DNA of 63,892 bases, filler included, from Intoshia linei (Eukaryota; Animalia; Orthonectida), in the NCBI GenBank assembly GCA_001642005.1. It is 5 parts of 5 records of this genome, joined end to end, with 100 filler letters (N's around TTAATTAATTAA, not from the genome) between each part and the next. Parts side by side here need not be neighbours in the genome. Positions count along the whole stretch, not along the records: positions 61,556 to 63,892 come from LWCA01002343.1; 4 more parts are not named here. One strand, given 5' to 3'. A program made the position numbers and the translations under genes. Of the stretch, positions 63,508-63,892 are shown piece after piece; within the stretch, counting starts at the first letter, position 1, and the number at the start of each line of letters is the position of its first letter. Under the pieces are notes generated by a model. That model searched no databases and had not been told where the DNA came from. It saw nothing but the letters and a program-made list of their open reading frames with translations.

Positions 63508-63892
63508 CAGGGTGATTGGTAAGTAACGCCCGATTTTGATTTTAAAAATTTTGGGGTTTGAACACTTAAAGTTTTTCCTATTAAATTTAAATACAATTGT
63601 ATTTTGGATTTTTTTCAGAAAACCACACTAAAATTTTTGTAAAAACGACTGGCTGTTCATAGCGTGAAAGTATGGGAACATGGTTAAAACAAGAAAGATG
63701 ACAAGAGAATGGTTGAATCAAAAGTTTGGCAAAAGGCCGATTGGCCGTCGCGGCTTCGAATGGTCACCCAGATCTCCAAATCTTAGTACATGTGACTTCT
63801 TCTTATGGGTCTTTTTGAAGGATCGTGTCTACAGGAGAAACCCAAGAAGCATCGAAGAATTGAAAAACACAATCACAACGGACATTTCAGCA
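63508..63892 (+). mobile_element. Tc1/mariner (maT/rosa-like) transposase remnant, runs off the window
   Basis: TA|CAGGGTG terminus; EWSPRSPNLSTCDFFLWVFLKDRVY..PRSIEELK motif. Confidence 0.85.

Overview
This is a very AT-rich, compact animal (eukaryotic) scaffold with many tiny GT-AG introns of about 27-40 nt. It has five assembly gaps, four carrying an artificial TTAATTAATTAA linker. The composition and intron size suggest a reduced invertebrate parasite such as an orthonectid, but this is inference only. Spliced genes read by eye: still life/TIAM Rac-GEF (5' partial), WDR20, the last exon of RUVBL1, a Cys-rich EGF type I membrane protein, HELQ, CIB1-like, two identical inverted tRNA-Leu(UAA) genes, SNAPC3, a GRAF RhoGAP, EXOSC4, an orphan ORF and TTC30/IFT70 (3' end not found). 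The 7.3 kb gap between the PH/coiled-coil and DH exons of sif holds antisense nested genes: TOMM7, a possible unknown gene, and a membrane protein with signal peptide, Notch-ligand-type C2/MNNL-like domain and TM helix but no DSL or EGF domains. That last gene is the top candidate for novelty. Introns and intergenic DNA are filled with hAT and Tc1/pogo MITEs and remnants, a Helitron-like family and a GC-rich Chapaev3-like element. Exon boundaries were inferred manually and may be off by a few bases. All family calls come from remembered motifs, not database searches.
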